Source: Candidatus Latescibacterota bacterium (GTDB lineage Bacteria; Latescibacterota; UBA2968; UBA8231). Taken from it: a DNA stretch of 64,000 bases. The stretch lies in the NCBI GenBank assembly GCA_965208105.1, contig OZ242318.1, positions 32,001 to 96,000 of the forward strand, in the 5' to 3' direction. Position numbers and translations under genes: made by a program. Under the pieces are notes generated by a model. That model searched no databases. It was given only the letters and a program-made list of their open reading frames with translations, and had not been told where the DNA came from. Positions 40,389-49,677 of the stretch are shown here, piece by piece (position 1 is the stretch's first letter; every line of letters begins with the position of its first letter).

Positions 40389-42461
40389 ATGATTCCTGAA
40401 AAATTCACCAATCGCCTGATCGAGGAGACCAGTCCCTACCTGCGCCAGCACGCTCACAATCCGGTTGACTGGTATCCATGGGGAACGGAGGCAATTGAAC
40501 GTGCGCGGCGGGAAGATCGGCCCATACTGCTGTCAATCGGATATTCGGCCTGCCACTGGTGTCACGTCATGGAGCACGAATCATTCGAGGACGAGAAGAT
40601 TGCCGGGATCATGAACGAGCACTTCGTCAATATCAAGGTGGACAGGGAAGAAAGGCCCGACCTTGACGAGATCTACATGATGGCCGTGCAGAGTTTGACG
40701 GGCGGCGGCGGCTGGCCCATGACGGTATTCCTGGCTCCGGATTTACGGCCCTTCTACGGGGGCACTTACTTCCCGCCGGCCGACCGCCACGGGCAACCCG
40801 GATTTCCCAGGGTCCTGCTGGCCCTGGCGGGGCAATTCCGCGGCAGCCGAGACAGGATCGAGGAGGTAGCTGCCAACCTGACCGAGACCTTGAAGCGCCA
40901 GGCCGACCTGTTGGCCCCTCAGGGGCAGATCGGAGAAGAAATCCTGGAAGGTGCATTCGGCCATTTTCACCGCAGCTTCGACCTGACCCACGGCGGGATG
41001 GGGTCGGCGCCGAAGTTTCCAAATAGCATGGCCCTTTCCCTGCTGTTGCGCAGCTATCGCAGGAGCGGCAACAGAAACGCCCTGGAAATGGTCGAGTTGA
41101 CCTTGAAGAAGATGGCCAACGGGGGAATTTACGATCAGTTGGGAGGGGGATTCCATCGCTACTCGGTCGACCAGCGGTGGCTGGTGCCCCACTTTGAAAA
41201 GATGCTCTACGACAATGCGTTGCTCGTCTGGGTCTACTTGGAGGCCTTTCAGTTGACGGGTGACGGATTTTATCGGCGTGTGGTCGAGGAAGTACTTGGC
41301 TATGTCCTGCGTGAAATGTGCAGTGAAGGGGGCGGCTTTTTCTCCACCCAGGATGCAGACAGCGAAGGAGAGGAAGGCAAGTATTTCGTCTGGGAGCCCG
41401 AGGAGGTAGAGAAGATTCTCGGAGAGGAGGAAGCCCCGCTCTTCATGCGCTATTTCGATGTGACTGCGGAGGGCAACTTTGAACATGGCAAAAGCATCCT
41501 CCACGTGGACAATGAGATCACTGTACTTGCCCGCTTTCTCGATGTGGAAGAGGAAGAATTGAGCAGAGCCGTGGAGGAGGGGAAGAGTAAGCTCCTTGGC
41601 GCCCGCCGGCAGCGCGTGCCTCCGGCGCGGGATGACAAAATTTTGTTGGCCTGGAACGGCATGATGATCAGCGCCTTCGCCCGTGCATATCAGGTTCTGG
41701 GAGTGGATTCCTATCTCCAGGCGGGAGAGTCGGCGGCGAGGTTCGTTTTGGAAAATATGGTGGAAAATGGCTCGCTCCTGCATGTCTACAAGGACGGCCG
41801 GGCGCGCTTGCCGGCCTACCAGGACGATTATGCCTGTATTATCAATGGCCTCATCGATCTCTACGAAGCCAGTTTCGATTTGAGCTGGTTGCGGGCGGCA
41901 AAGGACTGGAACCAGGTGATGGTGGAAAGGTTCTGGGATCGGGAAAAGGGAGGATTTTTCTACACCGAAGAAGGGGCGGGCGATCTGATCGTGCGTACCA
42001 AAAACCCCCTGGACAATGCTACTCCCTCGGGTAATTCAATGGGAGTGCTGGCTTTGCTGCGCATCTCAGCTTTGACCGGCGATTCGAGGCTGAGGGAAAT
42101 GGCGGAGAGGACCTTGCTTTTGTATGGGAACTTGATGAGGCGTTCGCCTTCCTCCTGCGCCCAGATGCTGTGTGCTCTCGATTTCTACCAGGAGCCCGTG
42201 CACGAGGTCGCGGTAGTCGGTCCTCGCAGGGACTGGGCCCCTTTCCTGCACGCGTTGCATGCCCGCTTCCTTCCCAACAAGGTCCTGGTGGGAGGCGACC
42301 CGTCTGCGTGTCCGATGGATTTGGTGGACCATCTTCCTCTATTGAAAGGGAAGGTGGAAGCCGAGGCGGGGCAGGCAAGGGTCTACGTGTGCCGAAACTC
42401 CGTGTGCGACCAGCCTGTGACTACGGTCGAAGGTCTACTTGGCTTGCTGATGGTTGAATGA
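40389..42461 (+). CDS. YyaL/SPATA20 family thioredoxin-domain protein
   Basis: [46 protein letters not shown]. Confidence 0.93.
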   Translation: MIPEKFTNRLIEETSPYLRQHAHNPVDWYPWGTEAIERARREDRPILLSIGYSACHWCHVMEHESFEDEKIAGIMNEHFVNIKVDREERPDLDEIYMMAVQSLTGGGGWPMTVFLAPDLRPFYGGTYFPPADRHGQPGFPRVLLALAGQFRGSRDRIEEVAANLTETLKRQADLLAPQGQIGEEILEGAFGHFHRSFDLTHGGMGSAPKFPNSMALSLLLRSYRRSGNRNALEMVELTLKKMANGGIYDQLGGGFHRYSVDQRWLVPHFEKMLYDNALLVWVYLEAFQLTGDGFYRRVVEEVLGYVLREMCSEGGGFFSTQDADSEGEEGKYFVWEPEEVEKILGEEEAPLFMRYFDVTAEGNFEHGKSILHVDNEITVLARFLDVEEEELSRAVEEGKSKLLGARRQRVPPARDDKILLAWNGMMISAFARAYQVLGVDSYLQAGESAARFVLENMVENGSLLHVYKDGRARLPAYQDDYACIINGLIDLYEASFDLSWLRAAKDWNQVMVERFWDREKGGFFYTEEGAGDLIVRTKNPLDNATPSGNSMGVLALLRISALTGDSRLREMAERTLLLYGNLMRRSPSSCAQMLCALDFYQEPVHEVAVVGPRRDWAPFLHALHARFLPNKVLVGGDPSACPMDLVDHLPLLKGKVEAEAGQARVYVCRNSVCDQPVTTVEGLLGLLMVE

Positions 42462-42488
42462 AAAGGGATAAAGAGTCCGCTGAATAGC

Positions 42489-43448
42489 ATGGATATCTTG
42501 AAGACAGTAGATACGATATTGGATGCAGTCGGGAGTACGCCGCTGATCCGCCTGCAGCACCTCCTGCCCGGAAACGGCAGCGAAGTCTACGGCAAACTCG
42601 AGGCGAGCAATCCGGCCGGCAGCGTCAAGGATCGCATCGGCTCCAGCATGATCGCGGCCGCCGAGCGGGATGGCTCACTGCGCCAGGGGATGACCATTGT
42701 CGAGCCTACCAGCGGCAATACCGGAATTGCTTTGAGTATGGCCGCAGCCGCCAAGGGGTACAGGCTGATTTTGACCATGCCTGACAGCATGAGCGTGGAA
42801 CGCCGGGCGGTCATGTCCAGCTATGGCGCGGAAATCGTGTTGACACCAGGCGGGGAAGACATGCCGGGAGCCATTCGCAAGGCGGAAGAATTGAAGAGCC
42901 TGGATCCCGCCGGAGTATTCATGCCCCAGCAATTTCGCAACCCGGCCAATCCGCAGGTTCACCGCGAGACCACTGCCCGGGAAATTCTCGCTGAGATGGA
43001 CGGACAATTGGATGCGTTCGTGGCAGGGGTGGGGACCGGTGGCACGATCAGCGGGGTTGGCAGCGTACTCAAATCGGAATTGCCGTCTGTTCACATCGCG
43101 GCAGTGGAGCCAGCGCGTTCGGCGGTGCTCTCGGGGGGCAAGCCCGGTCTGCACGGGATCCAGGGAATCGGCGCCGGATTTGTTCCAGAAGTGCTGCAGC
43201 GCCACCTCATCGATTCGGTTATTGCCGTGGAGGACGAGGTAGCATTCCAATATACCAGGCGGTTGGCGCGCGAGGAGGGAGTACTGGTTGGGCCTTCCTC
43301 GGGCGCGAATGTGGCTGCCGCATTACAATTGGCCGAAGAACTGGGCCCCGGGAAGCGCCTGGTCACGATTTTTTGCGATACTGGTTTCAGGTATTTCAGC
43401 GTCGAAGGATTCACTTGCGGTCTCACGCGGGGTTGCATTGACACCTAG
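42489..43448 (+). CDS. cysK: Cysteine synthase A
   Basis: NPAGSVKDRI, EPTSGNTG, GVGTGGT, HGIQGIGAGF. Confidence 0.93.
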   Translation: MDILKTVDTILDAVGSTPLIRLQHLLPGNGSEVYGKLEASNPAGSVKDRIGSSMIAAAERDGSLRQGMTIVEPTSGNTGIALSMAAAAKGYRLILTMPDSMSVERRAVMSSYGAEIVLTPGGEDMPGAIRKAEELKSLDPAGVFMPQQFRNPANPQVHRETTAREILAEMDGQLDAFVAGVGTGGTISGVGSVLKSELPSVHIAAVEPARSAVLSGGKPGLHGIQGIGAGFVPEVLQRHLIDSVIAVEDEVAFQYTRRLAREEGVLVGPSSGANVAAALQLAEELGPGKRLVTIFCDTGFRYFSVEGFTCGLTRGCIDT

Positions 43449-43491
43449 GATGGCGTTAAGTATATTCATGGAAATATCTTACCATGAATAT
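43438..43491 (+). promoter_or_regulatory. Promoter with an overlapping palindromic operator upstream of the MerR gene
   Basis: TTGACA-17 nt-TATATT; ATATTCATGG-N10-CCATGAATAT at 43462-43491. Confidence 0.65.
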
Positions 43492-43521
43492 CCACCTGCA
43501 GAAAATCCCGGTTGATCTCCC

Positions 43522-43986
43522 ATGATGCAGATAGGGGATCTGGCTGCAAAAGCTGGTATAACTACCCGTACTATCAGGTATTACGAGGAGCTGGGAATAA
43601 TTGAGCCGGAAAAGCGTTCCCACGGCGGATTCCGACTCTACTCGGAAAACCAGCTGAGGCGCCTCAACATCGTTCAGAACCTCAAGGCGCTGGGGTTTGA
43701 GCTGGAGCGCGCGCGCGAGCTTTTCAACTTGAAGAACTCGTGCGGGACCGGCCGGGAAATTGCCAATGCCATGATCGAGTTGCTCAGCGAGCAGCAAGAG
43801 GAGATTGACAAGAAAATTGGCTCCTACCTGGAAATGAAGGAGCGAAACGCTCAAGCTATCGACATCCTCAAGGGCTGTTTGTTCTGTTCCATAAAGGTTT
43901 TCGAACGCGATTGCCGCAATTGCTCGGTTTATCGTCGGCATGCGGCAGTGCCGGATATCGTTGAATGTTCCGTCTACGAGGTCTGA
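43522..43986 (+). CDS. MerR family regulator with a Cys-rich C-terminus
   Basis: IGDLAAKAGITTRTIRYYEELG..GGFRLY HTH; CLFC-x8-CRNC. Confidence 0.9.
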   Translation: MMQIGDLAAKAGITTRTIRYYEELGIIEPEKRSHGGFRLYSENQLRRLNIVQNLKALGFELERARELFNLKNSCGTGREIANAMIELLSEQQEEIDKKIGSYLEMKERNAQAIDILKGCLFCSIKVFERDCRNCSVYRRHAAVPDIVECSVYEV

Positions 43987-44187
43987 GGGTCCAGTCAATA
44001 GTCCCTTGCGGGCATAGAGGACCCGGAATTGTTGCGGGGCGTCCGACTGCCTCGTTCGTTGCTTCGTAACGCATCGTTCCCCCTTCCCTCTGGCGCTTTG
44101 GCCCTGGCGGTCTTCTCATACATGACAACGAAGCGAATTTCAACTGGATGATGTGATATTGAATTGTCGTTTTATGCAGGAGGTCTC

Positions 44188-44511
44188 ATGATAACTGTCA
44201 CGAATGCGGCGGCAGAGAAGATCAGAACCTTGCTGGGAGAGCAGGGCCACCCTCACTACGGTTTACGGGTTGCAGTCAAGGGGGGAGGTTGTTCGGGGTT
44301 CCAGTATAATTTGGAATTCGAAGAAACCGCAGAGGAGATGGACCAGGTTGTCGAGTCCAACGGGGTCAAGGTATTCATTGATATCAAGAGTTGCCTCTAC
44401 CTGAACGGCGTTACACTTGATTTTGACGATGGCCTGATGGGTGCGGGATTCAAGGTCGAAAATCCCAATGCGCGCACGACCTGCGGTTGCGGAGAGTCCT
44501 TCGGCGTCTAG
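44188..44511 (+). CDS. iscA: A-type Fe-S carrier (IscA/ErpA/HesB)
   Basis: GGGCSGFQY, NPNARTTCGCGESF. Confidence 0.93.
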   Translation: MITVTNAAAEKIRTLLGEQGHPHYGLRVAVKGGGCSGFQYNLEFEETAEEMDQVVESNGVKVFIDIKSCLYLNGVTLDFDDGLMGAGFKVENPNARTTCGCGESFGV

Positions 44512-44521
44512 CCTCCGAGCA

Positions 44522-45745
44522 ATGGTGCAGACACCAATCTACCTCGACAATTTGGCAAGCACACGCGTCGACCCCCGGGTCCTGGATGCCATGCTTCCAT
44601 ATTTCACCGAACATTTCGGGAATGCGGCGAGCAAGACCCACTCATTCGGCTGGAGTGCTGCCCGGGCGGTGGAACAGGGGCGGTCCGAGGTTGCGTCCCT
44701 GATCGGTGCGTCCTCTGCCAGAGAGATCGTCTTCACCAGCGGAGCAACGGAGGCCATCAATCTGGCTATCAAGGGGGTTGCGGCTGCTTACCATGACCGG
44801 GGCAATCACATAATCACGAGTGCTATCGAGCACAGGGCGGTCCTGGACTGCTGCCGCGGTTTGCAACGCCAAGGTTACGAGATCACCTTTCTTCCGGTCA
44901 ATCGCCATGGTTTGGTCGACCTGGAGCAGTTGCGGAAGGCAATCACACCCCGTACTATCCTGATCTCGATCATGGCGGCCAACAACGAGATCGGCACCGT
45001 TCAGCCGCTGGCTGAGATCGGGGACCTGGCAAAGGAAAGGGGAATCCTGTGGCATTGCGATGCCGCCCAGGCGGTCGGCAAGATCGGGATTGACGTCGGG
45101 GAATTAGGCGTGGACTTGTTATCCGTTTCGGGGCACAAGATTTACGGTCCCAAGGGGATTGGGGTTTTGTATCTGCGCGGACGCCGGCCCAGGGTGAGGC
45201 TCCGGCCACAGATGGAGGGAGGAGGGCAGGAGCGCGGGCTGCGCTCGGGGACGCAGAATGTGCCGGGAATTGTCGGGCTGGGGATGGCATGCAGGTTGTC
45301 TCGGGATCATCTGGAATGCGAGGGGCAGCGGCTCGGTTCGCTGCGCGAGCGTCTCCACCATGGACTCGTTTCCCGCCTCGAAGGGGTCCAGCTCAACGGG
45401 CATCCTCATCAGCGGATTCCTGGATGCTTGAACCTCAGTTTCGACCGGGTCGACGGTGCCGCCCTGGTGACCGCCCTGGGCGATATAGCTGTATCATCGG
45501 GAGCTGCCTGCACTTCGGGGTCTACCAATCCCTCCCACGTGCTCCAGGCAATCGGGCTGGATGACCAATCGGCCTATGCTTCATTGCGCATGGGGGTGGG
45601 CCGCTTCAATTCGGAAGATGAAATCGATTATGTGATCGAGCGCGTCGCAGCTGAAGTGAACCGCTTGCGCGGTCCGGCCACCGCCGAGGTGGCCGATGGA
45701 GAGAGGAAGGGATCGCTGGTCCCCGAGGAGTTGTCCCTGAAATAG
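44522..45745 (+). CDS. iscS: Cysteine desulfurase (group I)
   Basis: FTSGATE, SGHKIYGPKG, RSGT, SSGAACTSG. Confidence 0.92.
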   Translation: MVQTPIYLDNLASTRVDPRVLDAMLPYFTEHFGNAASKTHSFGWSAARAVEQGRSEVASLIGASSAREIVFTSGATEAINLAIKGVAAAYHDRGNHIITSAIEHRAVLDCCRGLQRQGYEITFLPVNRHGLVDLEQLRKAITPRTILISIMAANNEIGTVQPLAEIGDLAKERGILWHCDAAQAVGKIGIDVGELGVDLLSVSGHKIYGPKGIGVLYLRGRRPRVRLRPQMEGGGQERGLRSGTQNVPGIVGLGMACRLSRDHLECEGQRLGSLRERLHHGLVSRLEGVQLNGHPHQRIPGCLNLSFDRVDGAALVTALGDIAVSSGAACTSGSTNPSHVLQAIGLDDQSAYASLRMGVGRFNSEDEIDYVIERVAAEVNRLRGPATAEVADGERKGSLVPEELSLK

Positions 45746-45768
45746 CATGGTAAATTGGGGAGGATCTT

Positions 45769-46962
45769 ATGAGCTTGACTTCGAGCCAATTACTCAAAAA
45801 AGTAAAAGAGGAAATTTCAGAGGTTAGCGCGGAAAAGGTCCGCAAGGACCTTGAGGATGGGGATGGGATCCATTTGGTAGATGTGCGCGAGCGCGAGGAG
45901 GTGATGGATGGGTATATCCCGGGTGCCAAGCTTATCCCCCGTGGATTTTTGGAGTTGAGCGTTGAAGAGGACGTGAGCACGGACCGCGGGAGCCCGATCG
46001 TGCTTTACTGTGCCGGAGGAAGCCGCTCCGCATTTGCTGCCCGAGACCTGGGAATGATGGGGTACACCAATGTCAGCTCAATGATTGGGGGAATCAAGGG
46101 TTGGAAGGATGCAGGCTATCCCATCGAGCTGGGTGGTTTGCTCTCCGATGAAGACCTGAGGCGATACGCGCGCCATCTCACCCTTCCGGAAGTAGGGGAG
46201 ACGGGGCAGCAGAAATTGCTCAAGGGAAAGGTTTTGTTGGTTGGTGCGGGAGGCCTGGGTTGTCCGGGTGCGCTTTATCTTGCTGCCGCGGGAGTGGGCA
46301 CAATCGGGCTGGTAGATGCCGATGTAGTCGACAAGAGCAACCTGCAGCGCCAGGTCCTTTTTGGAGAGATGGACGTGGGACGGCCCAAGGTGGAAGCGGC
46401 CAAGGATCGCCTGGAGGATTTGAATCCGGGAATCACCATCCAACCTCACTATGAACTGCTTTCTTCCCACAACGCCATGGAGATTGTCGCGGGCTACGAT
46501 GTGATCGTCAATGGTTGCGACAATTTTCCTACGCGCTACCTGATCAATGACGCTGCGGTACTGACGGGCAAGCCGGTGGTGGACGGCAGCATCTTCCGCT
46601 TCGAGGGCCAGGCGACGGTCTACATGCCGGGCGAGGGCCCTTGTTACCGCTGTCTCTATCCAGAACCTCCGCCCCCGGGAGAGGTCCCCAGCTGTGCTGA
46701 AGGAGGCGTGCTCGGAGTCTTGCCGGGTATTATAGGGTTGATTCAGGCTACCGAGGTCATCAAGCTGATCTTGGGGGAAGGCGATCCCCTGGTCGGGCGC
46801 CTGCTGCTCTACGATGCCCTGGATATGAGGTTTCGGATTCTCAAGCAGCGCCGCAACGCGGAATGTCCGGTATGCGGAGACAATCCTTCCGTGACCGAGC
46901 TGATTGACTACGAGCAGTTCTGCGGTATGCCTCCGACCCCCCAAAGCGAAGCAGCGGGTTGA
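45769..46962 (+). CDS. moeB: Rhodanese-MoeB fusion (MoeZ/MoeBR-like E1 adenylyltransferase)
   Basis: N-terminal rhodanese DVRE..YCAGGSRS; RYARH, GAGGLG, SNLQRQ, CYRC, CAEGGVLG, CPVC. Confidence 0.9.
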   Translation: MSLTSSQLLKKVKEEISEVSAEKVRKDLEDGDGIHLVDVREREEVMDGYIPGAKLIPRGFLELSVEEDVSTDRGSPIVLYCAGGSRSAFAARDLGMMGYTNVSSMIGGIKGWKDAGYPIELGGLLSDEDLRRYARHLTLPEVGETGQQKLLKGKVLLVGAGGLGCPGALYLAAAGVGTIGLVDADVVDKSNLQRQVLFGEMDVGRPKVEAAKDRLEDLNPGITIQPHYELLSSHNAMEIVAGYDVIVNGCDNFPTRYLINDAAVLTGKPVVDGSIFRFEGQATVYMPGEGPCYRCLYPEPPPPGEVPSCAEGGVLGVLPGIIGLIQATEVIKLILGEGDPLVGRLLLYDALDMRFRILKQRRNAECPVCGDNPSVTELIDYEQFCGMPPTPQSEAAG

Positions 46963-47050
46963 TTCCATGCCACCATCTCCTGGATAATATCAATGGGGGT
47001 CCGTTCAGCGTCCTTTATTTTATTGGAGACAGGAGGGGGAGGCCCGGAGC

Positions 47051-47638
47051 GTGAGCGAGCTCATACTGGACCTGGACGAGGTCGATGAGAATGATCCCAT
47101 CCTGGACTGGGAGGGGGTTTTCGGCAATGTTCATCCAGTGGAAATCGAGATCGGTTCAGGCAAGGGTCGATTTCTGATCGAGTCTGCTCAACGGCATCCG
47201 AAGGTGAATTATGTCGGGGTCGAATGGGCGAGGAAGTATCTCCGCATAGCCCACGAGAGAAGTCTGAAACGCGAGCTCAGAAACGTTCGCCTGGTCCGCG
47301 CCGAGGCAAGAGAGTTCATCGAGTTTTTCGTGCCGAGTGAGTCCACTCAAGCCTTTCACGTCTACTTTCCCGATCCCTGGCCAAAAAAGAGGCATCACAA
47401 ACGCAGGCTTTTCAACCCGAGGTTTCTCAGGGAGGTCGAGCGAACTTTGGTCCCAGGGGGGTGGCTGTGGTTGGCAACCGACTTCCAAGGATACTTCGAA
47501 GCAATATCAGAGTTGCTTGCCGGTAGTGATTGCCTCCACGAGACCTGCACAGAGTGGGAAGGGACAAAAACCAACTACGAGGAGAAATACCTCGCTCAGG
47601 GCAGGAAAATATATCGCAGGACGATGAAAAAAGCATAA
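47051..47638 (+). CDS. trmB: tRNA (guanine-N7) methyltransferase
   Basis: EIGSGKG, FPDPWPKKRHHKRRL, TNYEEK. Confidence 0.95.
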   Translation: MSELILDLDEVDENDPILDWEGVFGNVHPVEIEIGSGKGRFLIESAQRHPKVNYVGVEWARKYLRIAHERSLKRELRNVRLVRAEAREFIEFFVPSESTQAFHVYFPDPWPKKRHHKRRLFNPRFLREVERTLVPGGWLWLATDFQGYFEAISELLAGSDCLHETCTEWEGTKTNYEEKYLAQGRKIYRRTMKKA

Positions 47639-47773
47639 GGGCATGGCATTATATGCCAATATCTACGGAGATTCGGTGGCTTCGGCCACAAAATATGGGT
47701 TGATGAGGATTTTGCCTTCCCACCAAATTTCCCTCCCCCCGCAGAGCCCTGTCCGATCCCCTTAAAATTGTGC

Positions 47774-47841
47774 TTGACATACCTTTTTGGCCAGACTATA
47801 CTATGCACTGGTGGTGGAAAATGGTGGAAAATGGTGGAATT
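47774..47841 (+). promoter_or_regulatory. dcw promoter with three MraZ-binding direct repeats
   Basis: TTGACA-17 nt-TATACT followed by TGGTGGAAAA TGGTGGAAAA TGGTGGAATT (10-bp period). Confidence 0.8.
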
Positions 47842-47864
47842 GAGAAGCTGAGGGGAGTTTGGCC

Positions 47865-48305
47865 ATGGCCCAGTTCCTGGGTGAGTACCCTGTTCCGGTT
47901 GACGACAAGGGACGCATTTTCGTGCCGGCCGAGATTCGCAGGAAGCTGCCGCCTGAGGCCACAGAGACCTTCGTAGTGGTCCGGGGTTTCGATCACTGCC
48001 TTACCGCCTACCCTCAGAACGTGTGGGAAGAGACCGCGCGCAAGATACTGGAATTGCCGCAGACGGAGCGCAGGGTGAGGGTACTGATCCGTGGCATGCT
48101 CTCCCAGGCTGCCGAAGTCAGGTTGGACCGGCAAGGGAGGGCGAGCATACCCCAGAAGTTGCTGGAGCGAGCCGGCATCGGGGACCAGATGGTCGTCATA
48201 GGGGCATTGAACAAGCTGGAATTCTGGAATCCGGATGATTGGGCACAGTTTATGCAGGAAGCTGACCCAGCTCTGGAAGGGGTCGCCGAAAGCCTGAACA
48301 TTTAG
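47865..48305 (+). CDS. mraZ: Transcriptional regulator MraZ
   Basis: Duplicated DDKGRI / DRQGRA motifs. Confidence 0.95.
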   Translation: MAQFLGEYPVPVDDKGRIFVPAEIRRKLPPEATETFVVVRGFDHCLTAYPQNVWEETARKILELPQTERRVRVLIRGMLSQAAEVRLDRQGRASIPQKLLERAGIGDQMVVIGALNKLEFWNPDDWAQFMQEADPALEGVAESLNI

Positions 48306-48329
48306 CCCGACGGCACATGGGCTGAAAGT

Positions 48330-49250
48330 ATGCAATTTCACAGGCCTGTCATGGTGAGGGAAGTGGTGGCGGGATTGGTTGCAAGCCAGGGCGGCACCTA
48401 TCTCGACGCAACGGTTGGTGGAGGGGGACACAGCGAGGCCATTCTGGAAGCTCTGGGAGCCGGGGGGTACCTGGTCGCCCTCGACCGCGACGGAGAGGCC
48501 GTGGCAAGGGCGCGCCGGAGCCTGGATGAATTTTCCGACCGCGCCGTGATCATACGAGGAAGTTTTGGCGAATTGGAATGCTTGCTGAAAAAGCGGAGGA
48601 TTAGCGAGTTGCAAGGAGCCCTGTTCGACTTGGGAGTGTCCTCACATCAAATTGACGCGCCGGGACGCGGATTCAGCTACCGACAAAACGGCCCCTTGGA
48701 TATGCGGATGGATATCCGTCAGGAAATATCCGCGTCCACCTTGATCGCGCGTTCTTCAGAGGCGGAAATTACCCGAATAATCAAGGAGTACGGCGAGGAG
48801 CGCAAAGCCCGGCCGATCGCCCGATCGATTTGCCGCGGCAGAGGGAGCAGGGGAATGGAAACCACGTTGGAGTTGAGGGAAGCCGTAGAAGCCGCTCGCC
48901 CGCATAACCCCATCAAGACTCTCTCCCGCGTGTTTCAGGCATTTCGCATAGCGGTCAACGATGAATTGGGACAGCTGGAAAAAGGCGTCGATACGGCTGT
49001 TGCTATGTTGGCCTCGGGAGGGCGATTGGCCGTTATCGCCTATCACTCCCTTGAGGACCGGATGGTCAAGACCAAACTCAACAGGCTCGTGCGCGGATGT
49101 ATATGTCCCCGTGATATCCCACAATGCGTCTGTGGAAAGATGCCGACCTTCAGGAAGGTCGGCGGGAAGGTGCTGAGGCCCGGGACCGATGAGATTGCAG
49201 TGAATCAGCGGGCGCGCAGCGCGCGGCTGCGAATTTATGAAAAACTCTAG
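48330..49250 (+). CDS. rsmH: 16S rRNA m4C1402 methyltransferase
   Basis: DATVGGGGHS, DLGVSS, PLDMRMD, YHSLEDR. Confidence 0.96.
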   Translation: MQFHRPVMVREVVAGLVASQGGTYLDATVGGGGHSEAILEALGAGGYLVALDRDGEAVARARRSLDEFSDRAVIIRGSFGELECLLKKRRISELQGALFDLGVSSHQIDAPGRGFSYRQNGPLDMRMDIRQEISASTLIARSSEAEITRIIKEYGEERKARPIARSICRGRGSRGMETTLELREAVEAARPHNPIKTLSRVFQAFRIAVNDELGQLEKGVDTAVAMLASGGRLAVIAYHSLEDRMVKTKLNRLVRGCICPRDIPQCVCGKMPTFRKVGGKVLRPGTDEIAVNQRARSARLRIYEKL

Positions 49251-49359
49251 CGTCCCTTTGCAAAGCCATGTTGCCATTTTTCTCCATAGTCGCCCGATTC
49301 CGTCAACCTCTTTCTGCGGCTGAACACAAGGGCACCCACGAAAACGGTGATGCGATCAA

Positions 49360-49677
49360 ATGAACGGCGGAGTTTCACATCGGTCGAGCGTCCCCATGCG
49401 AGCCTGGATCTGCATGTTGGTCGCTCTCGTTGTGCTCACAACCCTGTATGTCTGGAAGAAGGTCGAGCTGATGAGAGTGTCCGGACAGGTGAATGCCTTG
49501 AAGGTCCAGGCGGAGGATCTGCGCGAGGAGCAATCCAGACTGACGGCCACGCTCGATCTCAAGAAACGGCCGGGCGCTATTGTGGATGCGGCCCAGGAGA
49601 AGCTGGGGATGATATATCATCCAGGTAACGCGCCTGAGTTGATTGTAGGGACCGCAGCGAGGGAGGTCCAAAGGTGA
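49360..49677 (+). CDS. ftsL: Cell division protein FtsL-like
   Basis: Single TM helix plus coiled coil, AQEKLGM; located between rsmH and ftsI. Confidence 0.75.
   Translation: MNGGVSHRSSVPMRAWICMLVALVVLTTLYVWKKVELMRVSGQVNALKVQAEDLREEQSRLTATLDLKKRPGAIVDAAQEKLGMIYHPGNAPELIVGTAAREVQR

Noticed and set aside
47812-47841. Tandem 10-bp repeats as a possible CRISPR or VNTR
   Set aside because: Explained as MraZ-binding repeats in the dcw promoter; no spacers or cas genes
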